Source of the DNA: Oculina patagonica
Taxonomy: Eukaryota
DNA: 64,000 bases
Assembly: GCF_052425735.1 (NCBI RefSeq)
Contig: NC_135760.1
Coordinates: 10,726,001 to 10,790,000 of the forward strand
Reading direction: 5' to 3'
The notes beneath the pieces are model-generated. The model ran no database searches, was not told the origin of the DNA, and saw only the letters and a program-made list of their open reading frames with translations. How positions within the stretch are numbered: the first letter of the stretch is position 1; every line of letters starts with the position of its first letter. Positions 12,775-23,012 of the stretch are shown in pieces. The translations under genes and the position numbers were made by a program.

Positions 12775-14040
12775 ATGTTCAAAACTGAAGGTCAAGCTTC
12801 AACATGGAAAGCTGTTGCGAACATGACCAGTTTCGTCCAAGGCGTGGGCACGCTGGCTTTGCCATATGCGGTGTTAAAAGGAGGCATCGCAACAATCATC
12901 GCCTTTCCTTTGTTCGCTTTAGTTCACTGGTACACTGGCATGGTTATGGTAGATTGCATTTACGATAATGACGAGGAACACGAAGAAAACTCGGAATGTA
13001 AAACGCTTATGAGTGATAACAAAACGCAAACTGCAGTATCGACAAAATCACGAGTTCGTAACATTTACAGCGACCTTGGAAAAGTTCTTTGGCCGCAATA
13101 TGGCGGCGTGCTTCTGGATGCCGTGCAAAGCCTTGATCTGTTAATCCTTGCTGTGTCATACTTCATTTCATGTGGATCGCTCATGGCACATGCGCTCCCT
13201 AACGCAGGACTCACAGAAGCTTTGTGGGCCTCCATTGTTGCTGCCGCGGTTCTGCCATCCACCTTCATAGGAGACCTCGCGTGTGTGGCATGGCAAAGCT
13301 TGCTAAGTATATCATCCTTGTTCACCATGGTCAGCGTGTTAATATGGTATACAGTCTCTCACTCTTCTAACATAAACTTCGGAGACGTCCTCTTCTGGGA
13401 TCCTGAGGGGGCCCTTGTGGCATTCGGTTTGGTCATATCCAGTTATTGCGTCTACTCTATTTTGATTCCAGTTGAAGAAAGCATGGCAGATCGTTCCAAG
13501 TTCGGTTTAGCCTTAGGAATGTCATTGATGATGGCCGCCACATTTAAAGTTCTGTTCTCGCTCTGTGGTTTTCTATCCTTCACTCAAGACACTGAGGAAG
13601 TGATCGGAAACAATTTCCCGCTTGGCGCCCCTCGCACGATCGTCAGCGTCGTGTACGTCATGTATGTCCTTTTCTGCTATACACTAGTCGTCTTTCCCGT
13701 GTTTCAATCTCTTGATGATTCTCGATTGACCTCTGCTGTTACCTCCGTAATTCCTTCCTTCATATGGACTGCCACAACAAGATTTCTTGTTGTATTTGCT
13801 ACTCTTTTGGTGGCATTTGCAGTTCCACATTTCGCGCTTTTGACATCGTTTATCGGGAGTCTCGCTTTACCATTCCTTGAATATATTGTACCATGTTTAG
13901 TTCATTTAAAGTTAAAATGGTCCGAGTTAAAGCCTCATCAAGTGGCAGCAGATGGAACGATTATCGTAGTGGGAGTGTTAGCAACAGTATTTGGCGTTTA
14001 TTTCTCTGGTAAAGCCTTAGTGGTTGAAATGACAAAGTAA
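12775..14040 (+). CDS. Vesicular inhibitory amino acid transporter-like (SLC32/Aa_trans family), intronless CDS, 421 aa
   Basis: Single ORF with about 10-11 hydrophobic segments. WKAVANMTSFVQGVGTLALPYAVLKGG and VAFAVPHFALLTSFIGS resemble the VIAAT/VGAT motifs WNVTNAIQGMFVLGLPYA and VPHFALLMGLTGS. A polypyrimidine/AG at ~12715-12734 suggests a 5'UTR intron. Confidence 0.88.
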   Translation: MFKTEGQASTWKAVANMTSFVQGVGTLALPYAVLKGGIATIIAFPLFALVHWYTGMVMVDCIYDNDEEHEENSECKTLMSDNKTQTAVSTKSRVRNIYSDLGKVLWPQYGGVLLDAVQSLDLLILAVSYFISCGSLMAHALPNAGLTEALWASIVAAAVLPSTFIGDLACVAWQSLLSISSLFTMVSVLIWYTVSHSSNINFGDVLFWDPEGALVAFGLVISSYCVYSILIPVEESMADRSKFGLALGMSLMMAATFKVLFSLCGFLSFTQDTEEVIGNNFPLGAPRTIVSVVYVMYVLFCYTLVVFPVFQSLDDSRLTSAVTSVIPSFIWTATTRFLVVFATLLVAFAVPHFALLTSFIGSLALPFLEYIVPCLVHLKLKWSELKPHQVAADGTIIVVGVLATVFGVYFSGKALVVEMTK

Positions 14041-15601
14041 ATCCGCTTTATAATGTTGTTGGGAAATTTTGCGCATTTCATAGTGGCCTTAGTTAGTTTA
14101 CATGCATTGTGTAATACTCTGTCAGACTTTTCAGCGTTGACCAGCTGTGATCTAGATGGAAATGTGAATTTCTGTTCGAGATCGAACTCTGTATTGATTT
14201 AGTGGAACAGCAAGGGGAATTAAAAGAATTTTGACAAAATGCAAGTGTAATTCTTCTCTTAAACACCTTAGCCTGCGTTGCAGCCGGACATGTCACCGAA
14301 TCCTCGGGGTTTAGTCTGTCCGCAACGCAGGCTTAAGCACTTCAGACCGTGAGAACATGTTTTATCAAAAAATAATATAAATAAAACAGTTTAATAACTG
14401 TTTTTTAAGTGCCGAAAGTTGCTTTAGTTCGTAAGCGAGGCCTTACGGCTAAACAAGTAATTTTCTTGCATTTTAGAAAATTAGCCGAAAACCATGCATA
14501 AACGAATGTTGCTATCCTTCTCGTTTTTTTTTTTTTTCGCGTTTCAATGGCAACCCAGCTTTAAAAAGTTGTGTTTTCTCATTCTCAGAAAATTCAGTGA
14601 ATAGATTTGCGCGCAATTAACTCTTAAAAGGATTGTAATATTGTCAAGAGAGTAAATTTCAGATCGCGCGTTATAATTCATCTGCAAGCATTGCTAGAAG
14701 CAATGGCACGATCTTCATTTTATCTGTCAACTATCGCTTGTTCTCTCCCCCCCCCCTCCCCCCCCCGTTGTGCGTCCACTAACTCGCGCCAGCATTCAAA
14801 CGAAAAAAACGCGCATGAACGATGTTCACATGCAAACAGTGTAGCGGTGGTCTTAAATATTTTTTTCGAATTTCTTATAAGAAGTTTCACTAGGGAATGT
14901 CCAAATTACGTCCAATAAGAGAACAATAAAGAAATAACACAATAAAAAACAGCCTTTTTTGTGCGGCCGCCATTTTGAAAATATTTTTAATACGGTGTGT
15001 CAGCCCTGCGAGATCTTGAGCCGAGAACCCTTTGAAAATCGCTTGGAACTCTTTTCCTTTTATCGTTCTCGGGGCGTGGTCAGATATTCCGAGTTTCTCC
15101 GAATTTTCTCGGTTGCTCCAAAACCCCTGATTTTTAGTTTCAAACCTCGCAACAGCCAACCACATTGGACGCTGGTAAGATTTACTTTTATTTATCTTTA
15201 AATTGATGTTAAAGCCCCCTGTGGAAAGCAGAGGTTACATAGATAATGGTTTTGCAATTAGTATTTGTAGAGCAGAAACACAATCAAGTTGGCAACCGAA
15301 AAGTTGGGGATCTTTTTGCCTTCGGGGTGGGGTGGGGGCTGTCGCCAGATTAAACACACGATGATGATTTTCTAATTCTCCTCTCCTGTTTTCGTGGCAA
15401 TTTATTGACTGACGTAAAGAGAAATTAACGGTTGATCGCTAGCAGGAATTCAGACAGAAATTATAGTTAAGAGGGAGCTTATAAAACAATCAAAGAAATA
15501 GCAGAAGAGTCAAAGCAATTTGTTTCTTTTAGCTGGTGAATCAAACAGACATTTACTCCACACAGGAAATAAGATTTACAGAACTTCGCAAGAAACAACA
15601 A

Positions 15602-15657
15602 TTACGTCACCGATTTATTATGCAATGACGTCACCGACTTCTCATGCAATGACGTCA
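15602..15657 (+). promoter_or_regulatory. Three CRE/ATF-type bZIP motifs at 24-bp spacing upstream of dioxygenase B
   Basis: TTACGTCA 15602-15609, TGACGTCA 15626-15633, TGACGTCA 15650-15657, about 100-150 bp before ATG 15755. Confidence 0.55.
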
Positions 15658-15754
15658 GCGGTGTTCACAGAGATGCCGCAAACAACAAGAATTCCATCAT
15701 TCATTCCTGAGCGTTGAGAAAATCCACAACTCTGAGTTTTGCTGTCATTGGATC

Positions 15755-18133
15755 ATGGAAATTCCACTAATTGATATTTCACCTTTGGTTAACGGTATGT
15801 ATTTCACTGGTTATAATTATATCATCTCGCTTCGCTTTTTTTGTTGTTGTTTTAATTTGTAAAATTTGAAATTCAATTATATTTTAAGCGTTTAGTACCG
15901 ACAATGTAAAAGATCACGGAGTTCTGGTAATTAATGAGATAGTGGGGTCTAGTTTTCTTGAGCGTTTGCCTAAGGGATTGAAAAAAAGAGCTTAGTTAAA
16001 ATGTCGGTGAACAGAAGATAGCACTTTGTTAATCTCAGTATTCTAGTTAACCAAACGTTCGAAAGAAAACGCACTATAACCGGTCGAAAAGCTTGGACCT
16101 GCATTTTTCGTTCACAAAAGGATTTCGCATTAAAATAATGCGGGTTGACCGTAATTTAAAGTTGTCGAGGTTTTCTTTATTCAAAAATCAGAAATTCATG
16201 CCAATGGTCTTTTGCCATTACTTGCTTATTTGGTCGAGGTAGCAAAATGCCGCCCTTAAAGAAAAAATAATTCCTTTAAAGAAAAGGTTCGCATATTCTC
16301 GTATGCCTTTCGTTGTTGTTTATGAGGACATAACCTAAAATGCTTTTCTTTTCGTGCGGTAGTTAGTATTCGGGGAAAGCTATTGCTACAAAGCAGAGCG
16401 GTTATAATGAAGTTAACTAAAAAAAATTCGCAAGATCGCTTTCACAAAATAAAACTCTCTCAAAACGTTAGAGGGCAGTTCAATGAAAATGACGCTGACT
16501 TAGATGTCATTGTCATCCGAACCGTTCCTGAATCTCTTCCGGAACTAACTAATTGATAAAGTCAGTTAATTTCGAGAACCGCAACGGGAACCGGAAGGGG
16601 TATCAAATGGTCTTTGCGAGCATTTGCGAGCATGCGAGCACAGTGTTTTTCTTTGCGAGCACGACTGAGCATTGACAAAAATTAGCCTTGCGAGCAACGA
16701 GCACTTTTCAAAAACCTACCTCCACTAAAAACCGAGCATGCGAGCACTTGTAAAAATGTGCGAGCACGAGCAAACGAGCACCCACTGAAATTTTGCGAGC
16801 ATTGCGAGCACTGCGACATTTTGAGGGACCATTCATGACCCCTACCGGAGCTTGAGGCCATCGAAATTAAGAAAAAAATATTTCCTTCCCCCTCGATATT
16901 TAAAAAATGCTTGTGCGCTCTTTTTTCGGTGCTCTCAGACATGTTGGATTTTCGTGCCTTTATTCGTATTATTTTGGCAGATTTTAACAATTCGGCCTCA
17001 GATTGCTTTCAAGATACCATCCATAGTTTGGCCCTGTGTGTATTGCGTATACATTTTTTTTAAACTATGCTGTATACTGAAAAGTTTTAATATTGAACGA
17101 GTCTACTTTGAGATTAATCAGAGTACTCTCTCCTCGCTCTCTTCATTTCTTGGAATCTTTGTTACCCGCGATTATTTTATGGAAAGGAGAAGGAATTGTA
17201 CTGCTTTTAAATTAAAGTTACAGCATAGAGAAAGGCTAATAAAGGAAATGTACAAGAAAAAATAAAACACCGATGGCAAAGAGGTAACCAAAATTGTTAC
17301 CGTGAAGTGATGAAGAGGCCGGAGTTACACAAGCTAGAATTAACACCCAAATCTTGCAGGTCAGGCCGGCGGCTTCATGTGTGCAGGTGTGTATGGCTTT
17401 TAAAACTGCTCAACTCATAAATAAATATGTTGTCTAAACTGTAAACAGATGTTTCATTCCCTTGCCAGGCGGATTTGAAGAAGTACACGATGTTATCTCA
17501 CAAATGAAGCAGGCGTGTGAAGGAATGTCTTGTTTCTACATTACTGGTCACGGGATCAGCGAGTCCTTGATGGCGGATGTGATGAAATGCGGAAGAGATT
17601 TTTTCAACCTGCCAATGGACAAGAAAGTCAGCATAAGCCTAAAGAGGAGCACTGCATACCGTGGATACATCCAACAAGGTACTGGTATTGAATATTTCTC
17701 GCCACTTATTTAGGAACTGGAAATAAATGGGTGAGACAACAATCAATTGCGGCGGTGTGCCATTATTTATTGTGATCCTCGGGAGATCAGTTCTATAAAT
17801 AAATTAATACGAGATGAAGGCTCCGGGTTATGGGCTCCCGTCCTACGTCTGAGTTTTTTGTTAGGTTAGGCTCCTGGTTTGGGGTAGGACCTAGAAGGCC
17901 AGGGTATAAGGTGTCCCAGTAGTACTCATCGGCGGCATATCAGGCTCGTTTGATCTCGGCCATGGGTAATTTTGGCTCAATCGACTGCGTCTGCGATAAT
18001 AAACGAAACTCGGCTTTACCAGTACCTTTTTTATTGTTACTTATTTTCGCGGGAGCTTAATTTCGCGAAGATAAAAGAGGCAAATTTCGCTCAGACTTAA
18101 AATTATGTTTTTATACCGTGTTTAAATAAAGTC

Positions 18134-18198
<65 letters not shown>

Positions 18199-20317
18199 CA
18201 CTTGTCTATCGCTTCAGTACACTTGCATCGTGATTTTTAACAAAATTGCATGGACCACTATTCGTAATTTCCATACTGTCTTAAGGTTCTTTGAGTTTTT
18301 GAAGTGAAACTGGTGACAGTGTCCCTTTAACAGATCTAGACAAGTAGTTTTAAAAACAGCGCGACATATTTAAATTTTACAAATATATAATTACAATGAT
18401 ATTGAACAAGGCTATTAAAAAAACAGTTTGGCATGTTCGTATGCACAAATCACAACAATATACAACCATATGTATTCGAGTTGTCTCTGCTGTATGATTT
18501 GGAGAAAGATCTAGAAACCATGAACACGGTAGCTAAATGCAGGACGAGTACAAAGGACTCGTAATGGTATACTGACATCAAGTTATAGAAGGGCTTTATG
18601 AGCAAGGTATTAAATTTCCCGCTGATAATGTTTGAGAGAACTTTTTTTCGCGCAATCAAAAATTAAGTCCCGAGAAAATTAGTAACAATAAGGTAGGTAT
18701 AAAGAGTGTCTTGACCATTTTGCACCAGGTTTTTGTTTTCCTGGTAGCATTTGTTATGTACATGACATAAATGGCATACCTATCAAAACTGTCTTCATTT
18801 TAAGGTTCCGAAAAGACAGCAAGCAAAGTGGACGTTAAGGAAGGAATTTACTTTGGCCCAGAATCCAGGCCGGATAACCCGGATGTTGTTGCTTGCGATC
18901 CCATGATGGGTGCTAATCAATTCCCGGATGAAAAAGAGTTACCCGGATTTGCGGCAACCATAAGAACGTACATGGAAAAAATGTCATTGGTGGGGTGAGT
19001 AATATTTGACTTTAAAACCTGTTTCTTCCAGGTAATACATTGAAACGAACAAATGCGGTAATGTGTCAGGTTATTCTAACATATATCGAAGCTAGTACCC
19101 AATTATAAACTGAGGAATTTAAAAAGCAGAGACCGATACAACGTAAATGACTAAATTTTGTGTACTATATTGTCGTCCACGGTTGCTTGCTTGAACATTT
19201 AGAGCAGTTTTCAATTGAGTGTCGTAAAACCAAAACCAAAACCAAAAGCAAAGTAATTACTCTAGCCAATCACAAAAAACACAGACAATTCAGTGAACCA
19301 ATCAAAACTCAAAGCAAATACATGTAGCCGGCACGAAGCGCGGGAAATCGTGCGCGCGCGAGTCACGATTGGTTTTGGTTTTACTTCTGATTGGCTGAGA
19401 AAGTGGCGCGAGAGTTTTAAGCCAATCACTAAGCGTAGCAATGCAAAACCAAAGCAAACGCAATTAACTTTCGACACTCAAGGGAAAACTGCTCTAATAC
19501 TAATTTATAAATCCGGGACCGGGTTGTTCAAAGGCTGAAGAACACTTTTTACCGGATAACTAAAAAAGAGACCACGTTTTTCTATGGTCTACACTCTAAA
19601 AGACATTAGTAGAAACTCAGCCGTGTTCTATTGGAAATCCGCGAATCTGATTGGTTCTCCCACTGATTTCTATTTTAACAATAGAGTATTTCTGTCGAGG
19701 AACTATCGGCTGATAGTTGCCCCGCGGAAATTTGATGTTCTTAAAACAAATATTAGCCCGAGAAGCGAAGCTTCGAGGGCTAATATGCTAGTTTTAAGAA
19801 CATCAAATTTCCAAGGGGCAACTATCAGACCGATAGTCCCGAGACAGAAACACTCTATTGTCTTTATTGTTCACCACTAAATTTTCTTCCGCGCGCACAT
19901 ACAAAAACAAGCATCGTGAATTATTTTTACTTTTGAGGATAAAAAACTCAATTGAAAGCCGAAATTTAACAAACGAAACAAAACCAGACGAGAAACCAAC
20001 TAAATGCAGTGAATTTGGTTGGGTTTTTTTGTCTGCAGGCAGCTTGTTTACAAAAAACAGTCACGGGCGGGCACTATCGATCCGGGCATTTTTCACGGGA
20101 GGGCACTATGGGCTGATAGTGCCCTCCGGCGGACGGGCACTATCGCGTCACGTGTTCAATTTAAACCAATCAGAATCGGAGAAAATTTAGTGGTGAACTA
20201 TAATCGCCGATAGAAAACAGTCGCGCGCGCGTAGCTAATTAAGCGGTGAATTTTCTTGATTTTTGTCTTCAAAGTGCACAATATTGTAGGTTTTGGACTG
20301 CAATCCTGTAGAGTTTC

Positions 20318-20353
<36 letters not shown>

Positions 20354-20354
20354 T

Positions 20355-20390
<36 letters not shown>

Positions 20391-20397
20391 TTGCTCA

Positions 20398-20429
<32 letters not shown>

Positions 20430-23012
20430 ATAGAAATCAGGGCCGGGTTGTTCGAAAGCTGATTAACACTAACCCAGGATTAAAAGTTGATCGAGGGTTC
20501 AATTTCTCGTGTGTAAAAGTGTTTTTATTGCTTATGATTTGTGGAGTTTGAGATTAGTCGACTTCAAATTAAACTGGACGACAGAGAATATTAACAGAAA
20601 AACCTCACTGAACGTTGAAAAACTGATATCAAAATGCACGCTAATCCTGGATTAGCTTAATCGTGGTTTGAACAACCCGGCCCAGGGCCGTTACCAGACC
20701 TTTGCATTGGCATAGACGAGGCAAAATCCTCCTAGGAGGTTCTGGGGCATGCCCTCCAGGAAATTAAATTTGGAGAACTAGAAGCTCTGATACTCTTTTT
20801 TAACATTTTTTATAAGGTAATTCTTGAAAAAAAATCAATCTTGTTTAACTGGTATTGTTTTTCTTCTCAACTAAACATATTTCGTTTTAAATTTTCCCTT
20901 TAGTTAAAATCAAGACGAGGCAAGTGCCTCGTCAAACTCGAGCCGTTAGGCGAGTGGTTTCACTACAGTGTTAAGGACATTTTGTGGCGTCATTTTTATG
21001 TCTTAAAATAGTGTAGACCATGGAAAAGTTCCGTCAAATTGTTCTCATGCAATAACGCGGAAAATTGGCTGGTGAATAAGATAGAAAATGTGTGCGAAAT
21101 CGCGCGCATTTATGACAGCTCGTAAGATCGCATATTTTTCACCTGAAGCCGACGAATGTATTGGAAATTTCGCCCTAAATCTTCACGCAGACTTTTTACA
21201 TCTCGCCAAATTTTAGATTTTAGAAAAGTCTTAAGTTTTCTATAGTACGATTGTAGCTCATGACCTTGAAAATTTGTTTAGAGACAAGGCATCAGTATAC
21301 CTTTTCAACATTTTGCAGCTAAACTGACGTGAGCTTTGTTCTGTCGTTATTTAGGCATGCAATGATGAAAGGTCTAGCTCTTGGCCTACAATTGAACGAC
21401 GATTACTTCCAGGACAAATTCAACCCACCCTTCCCCTTGTTGGCTTTGTGGCACTACCCACCAGTCCCTGCAGAGTCAGACTCTTGGGGGGTGGGACCTC
21501 ACACGGATTATGGTGTGCTGACGCTACTAATGCAGGATGACGTGGGAGGACTGCAGGTCGAGACAAGCACTGGGGACTGGATCGACGTTCCGCCCATTCC
21601 AGGTAGAAACCTGAGTGGATTTCTTTATCGTGAAATCTCTTCTTATTCAACTCAGTCCGTAATTACATTTATATTTACATTTACTTGACTTCTGTTCTAA
21701 CAGGAGATAACGTTTTTAATGTCCCAGGAAATGCAAACACACTTGAGCCTTTTAACGAGGATGGAAGGTCCTTCCAAATATCGATTGCCGTGACAGAAAT
21801 TGATTGTTTTCCTCCATTAGGACCCATTAGTTTGTACTCTAGCAGTTTTTAGAGAAGATATCTAAACTTCGAGCCAGGATCCGAGCCAGGATTCGAGCCA
21901 GGATCCGAGCGTTGTAGGATCAGAGCCAGGATTCAGGTTAGGATTAGGGTTAGGGTTAGGATTAAGATCCTAGCTCGAATCCTTGCTCGGATCCTGGCTT
22001 TATTATTAGTTTATCTCGTTTTTAGTGATTCCGTATATATCTTGTGTTATATCTATGCATTTTCCTAGCACATTGTAACATATTTACAAATACTTTTGGC
22101 AGGAGGTCTTAATTCCATTAAATGTAAGGCCTAACAAATTTAGCAAAGGTTCGGCACTCTCCATTTCTTTACCAAATATTTCAGCAAAAAGTATCAATCT
22201 AACAATATGCCTTTTATACTTGGACATTTTTATGTCTTGTAAACACTGTCTCAAGCTAAAATACTATACTGATTATAATAGTAGTAGTAGTTAAGTTTAT
22301 TTCAACACGGTAAAATCATCAGGACTTAACCTGATTGAACTTAAGTTGTTGAATGGAAAGGTAATGCCTTAATTTCTATGTGAGACAAACGAGAAAAAAC
22401 GAGTTGTAATAGAAATACTCCTAGTCTCTTCGTGCTGATGGATTGCTAGGCTCGAAAATAGACTTTACCTACCTTACCTACACTACACTAGTCACGTTAC
22501 CTGCACTGGTCACGCGACAAGCGTCACTGTAAGCTTAAAAGTTTCATCCTGGCTCAAATCCTAGCATAACTGACTCTCTCAAATATTAAAAATATGAAAT
22601 CACTGTCTTGGGCGTGTCCGTACGTTTCAATAGATGTTTTTAATTGAGTAATTAACTGTTAAGACCGAAGAGGTTCAACTAATGACTTGTAGATACTATT
22701 AGTCAAATGCTTTTTTTCCCTTCGTCCTGCCTAGGTACTTTTGTGGTAAACATTGGTGACGTGGTGGAGGCCTGGACCGAGGGTCAGTTCCGTGCCACAA
22801 TGCATCGAGTTAAAAACTCAACATCAAAGCATCGAATCTCGGCACCATTCTTTTTCCAGCCAGGACTTGATTGCGTCATCAAGCCCCTTGATGACGTCAT
22901 AGCCACTGAGACCACTGGTAAAACTTCAAGCACAAGGCTGGCGCTTCATAAGCCTTTTAAGTTTGGAGAATATGTGTTGAATAAGTTTGAAAAATCGTAT
23001 GGTAAGAGTTAG
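15755..23012 (+). CDS. IPNS/PcbC-like Fe(II)/2-oxoglutarate dioxygenase, copy B, 321 aa
   Basis: Exons 15755-15794, 17469-17678, 18805-18994, 21355-21602, 22735-23012 (966 nt). MEIPLIDISPLVN..., WGVGPHTDYGVLTLLMQDDVGGLQV, HRVKN, RIS. The 190- and 248-nt exons match copy A in length. Confidence 0.95.
16596..16843. mobile_element. MITE with 6-bp TSD and internal GCGAGCA repeats
   Basis: aggggtatcaaatggtc / gaccattcatgacccct; TSD accgga at 16590-16595 and 16844-16849. Confidence 0.75.
18023..18695. mobile_element. TA-flanked MITE carrying an internal LINE-tail insertion
   Basis: Ends ttattgttacttattttcgcggga / tcccgagaaaattagtaacaataaggta; same family as 25871-26085. Confidence 0.65.
18134..18197 (+). 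repeat. (GATT)n microsatellite, probable LINE 3' tail
   Basis: About 16 perfect units directly after aataaagtc. Confidence 0.85.
19200..19496. mobile_element. MITE
   Basis: tagagcagttttcaattgagtgtcg / cgacactcaagggaaaactgctcta. Confidence 0.8.
20324..20427. repeat. ~104-bp near-perfect hairpin of a dispersed repeat family
   Basis: aacaattagactac...caactcggctgcgcctcgttg...gtagtctaattgtt; relatives at 24011-24070 and 47978-48093. Confidence 0.8.
20438..20685. mobile_element. MITE
   Basis: gggccgggttgttcgaaag...ccaggatta / taatcctgg...tttgaacaacccggccc. Confidence 0.75.
21852..22017. mobile_element. Small inverted-repeat element with a telomere-like (TTAGGG) core
   Basis: 12-bp gagccaggatcc units on the left, their reverse complements on the right, centre ggttaggattagggttagggttaggatt; flanked by direct repeat gttttta(g). 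Confidence 0.7.

Noticed and set aside
16609-16815. CRISPR-like periodicity of GCGAGCA (also ~26258-26590 and ~29910-30145)
   Set aside because: Short, irregularly spaced motifs inside TIR/TSD-bounded MITEs; eukaryotic context and no cas genes.
17449-17468. Alternative acceptor at 17449 for dioxygenase B exon 2
   Set aside because: It is out of frame; the acceptor at 17469 restores the conserved protein.
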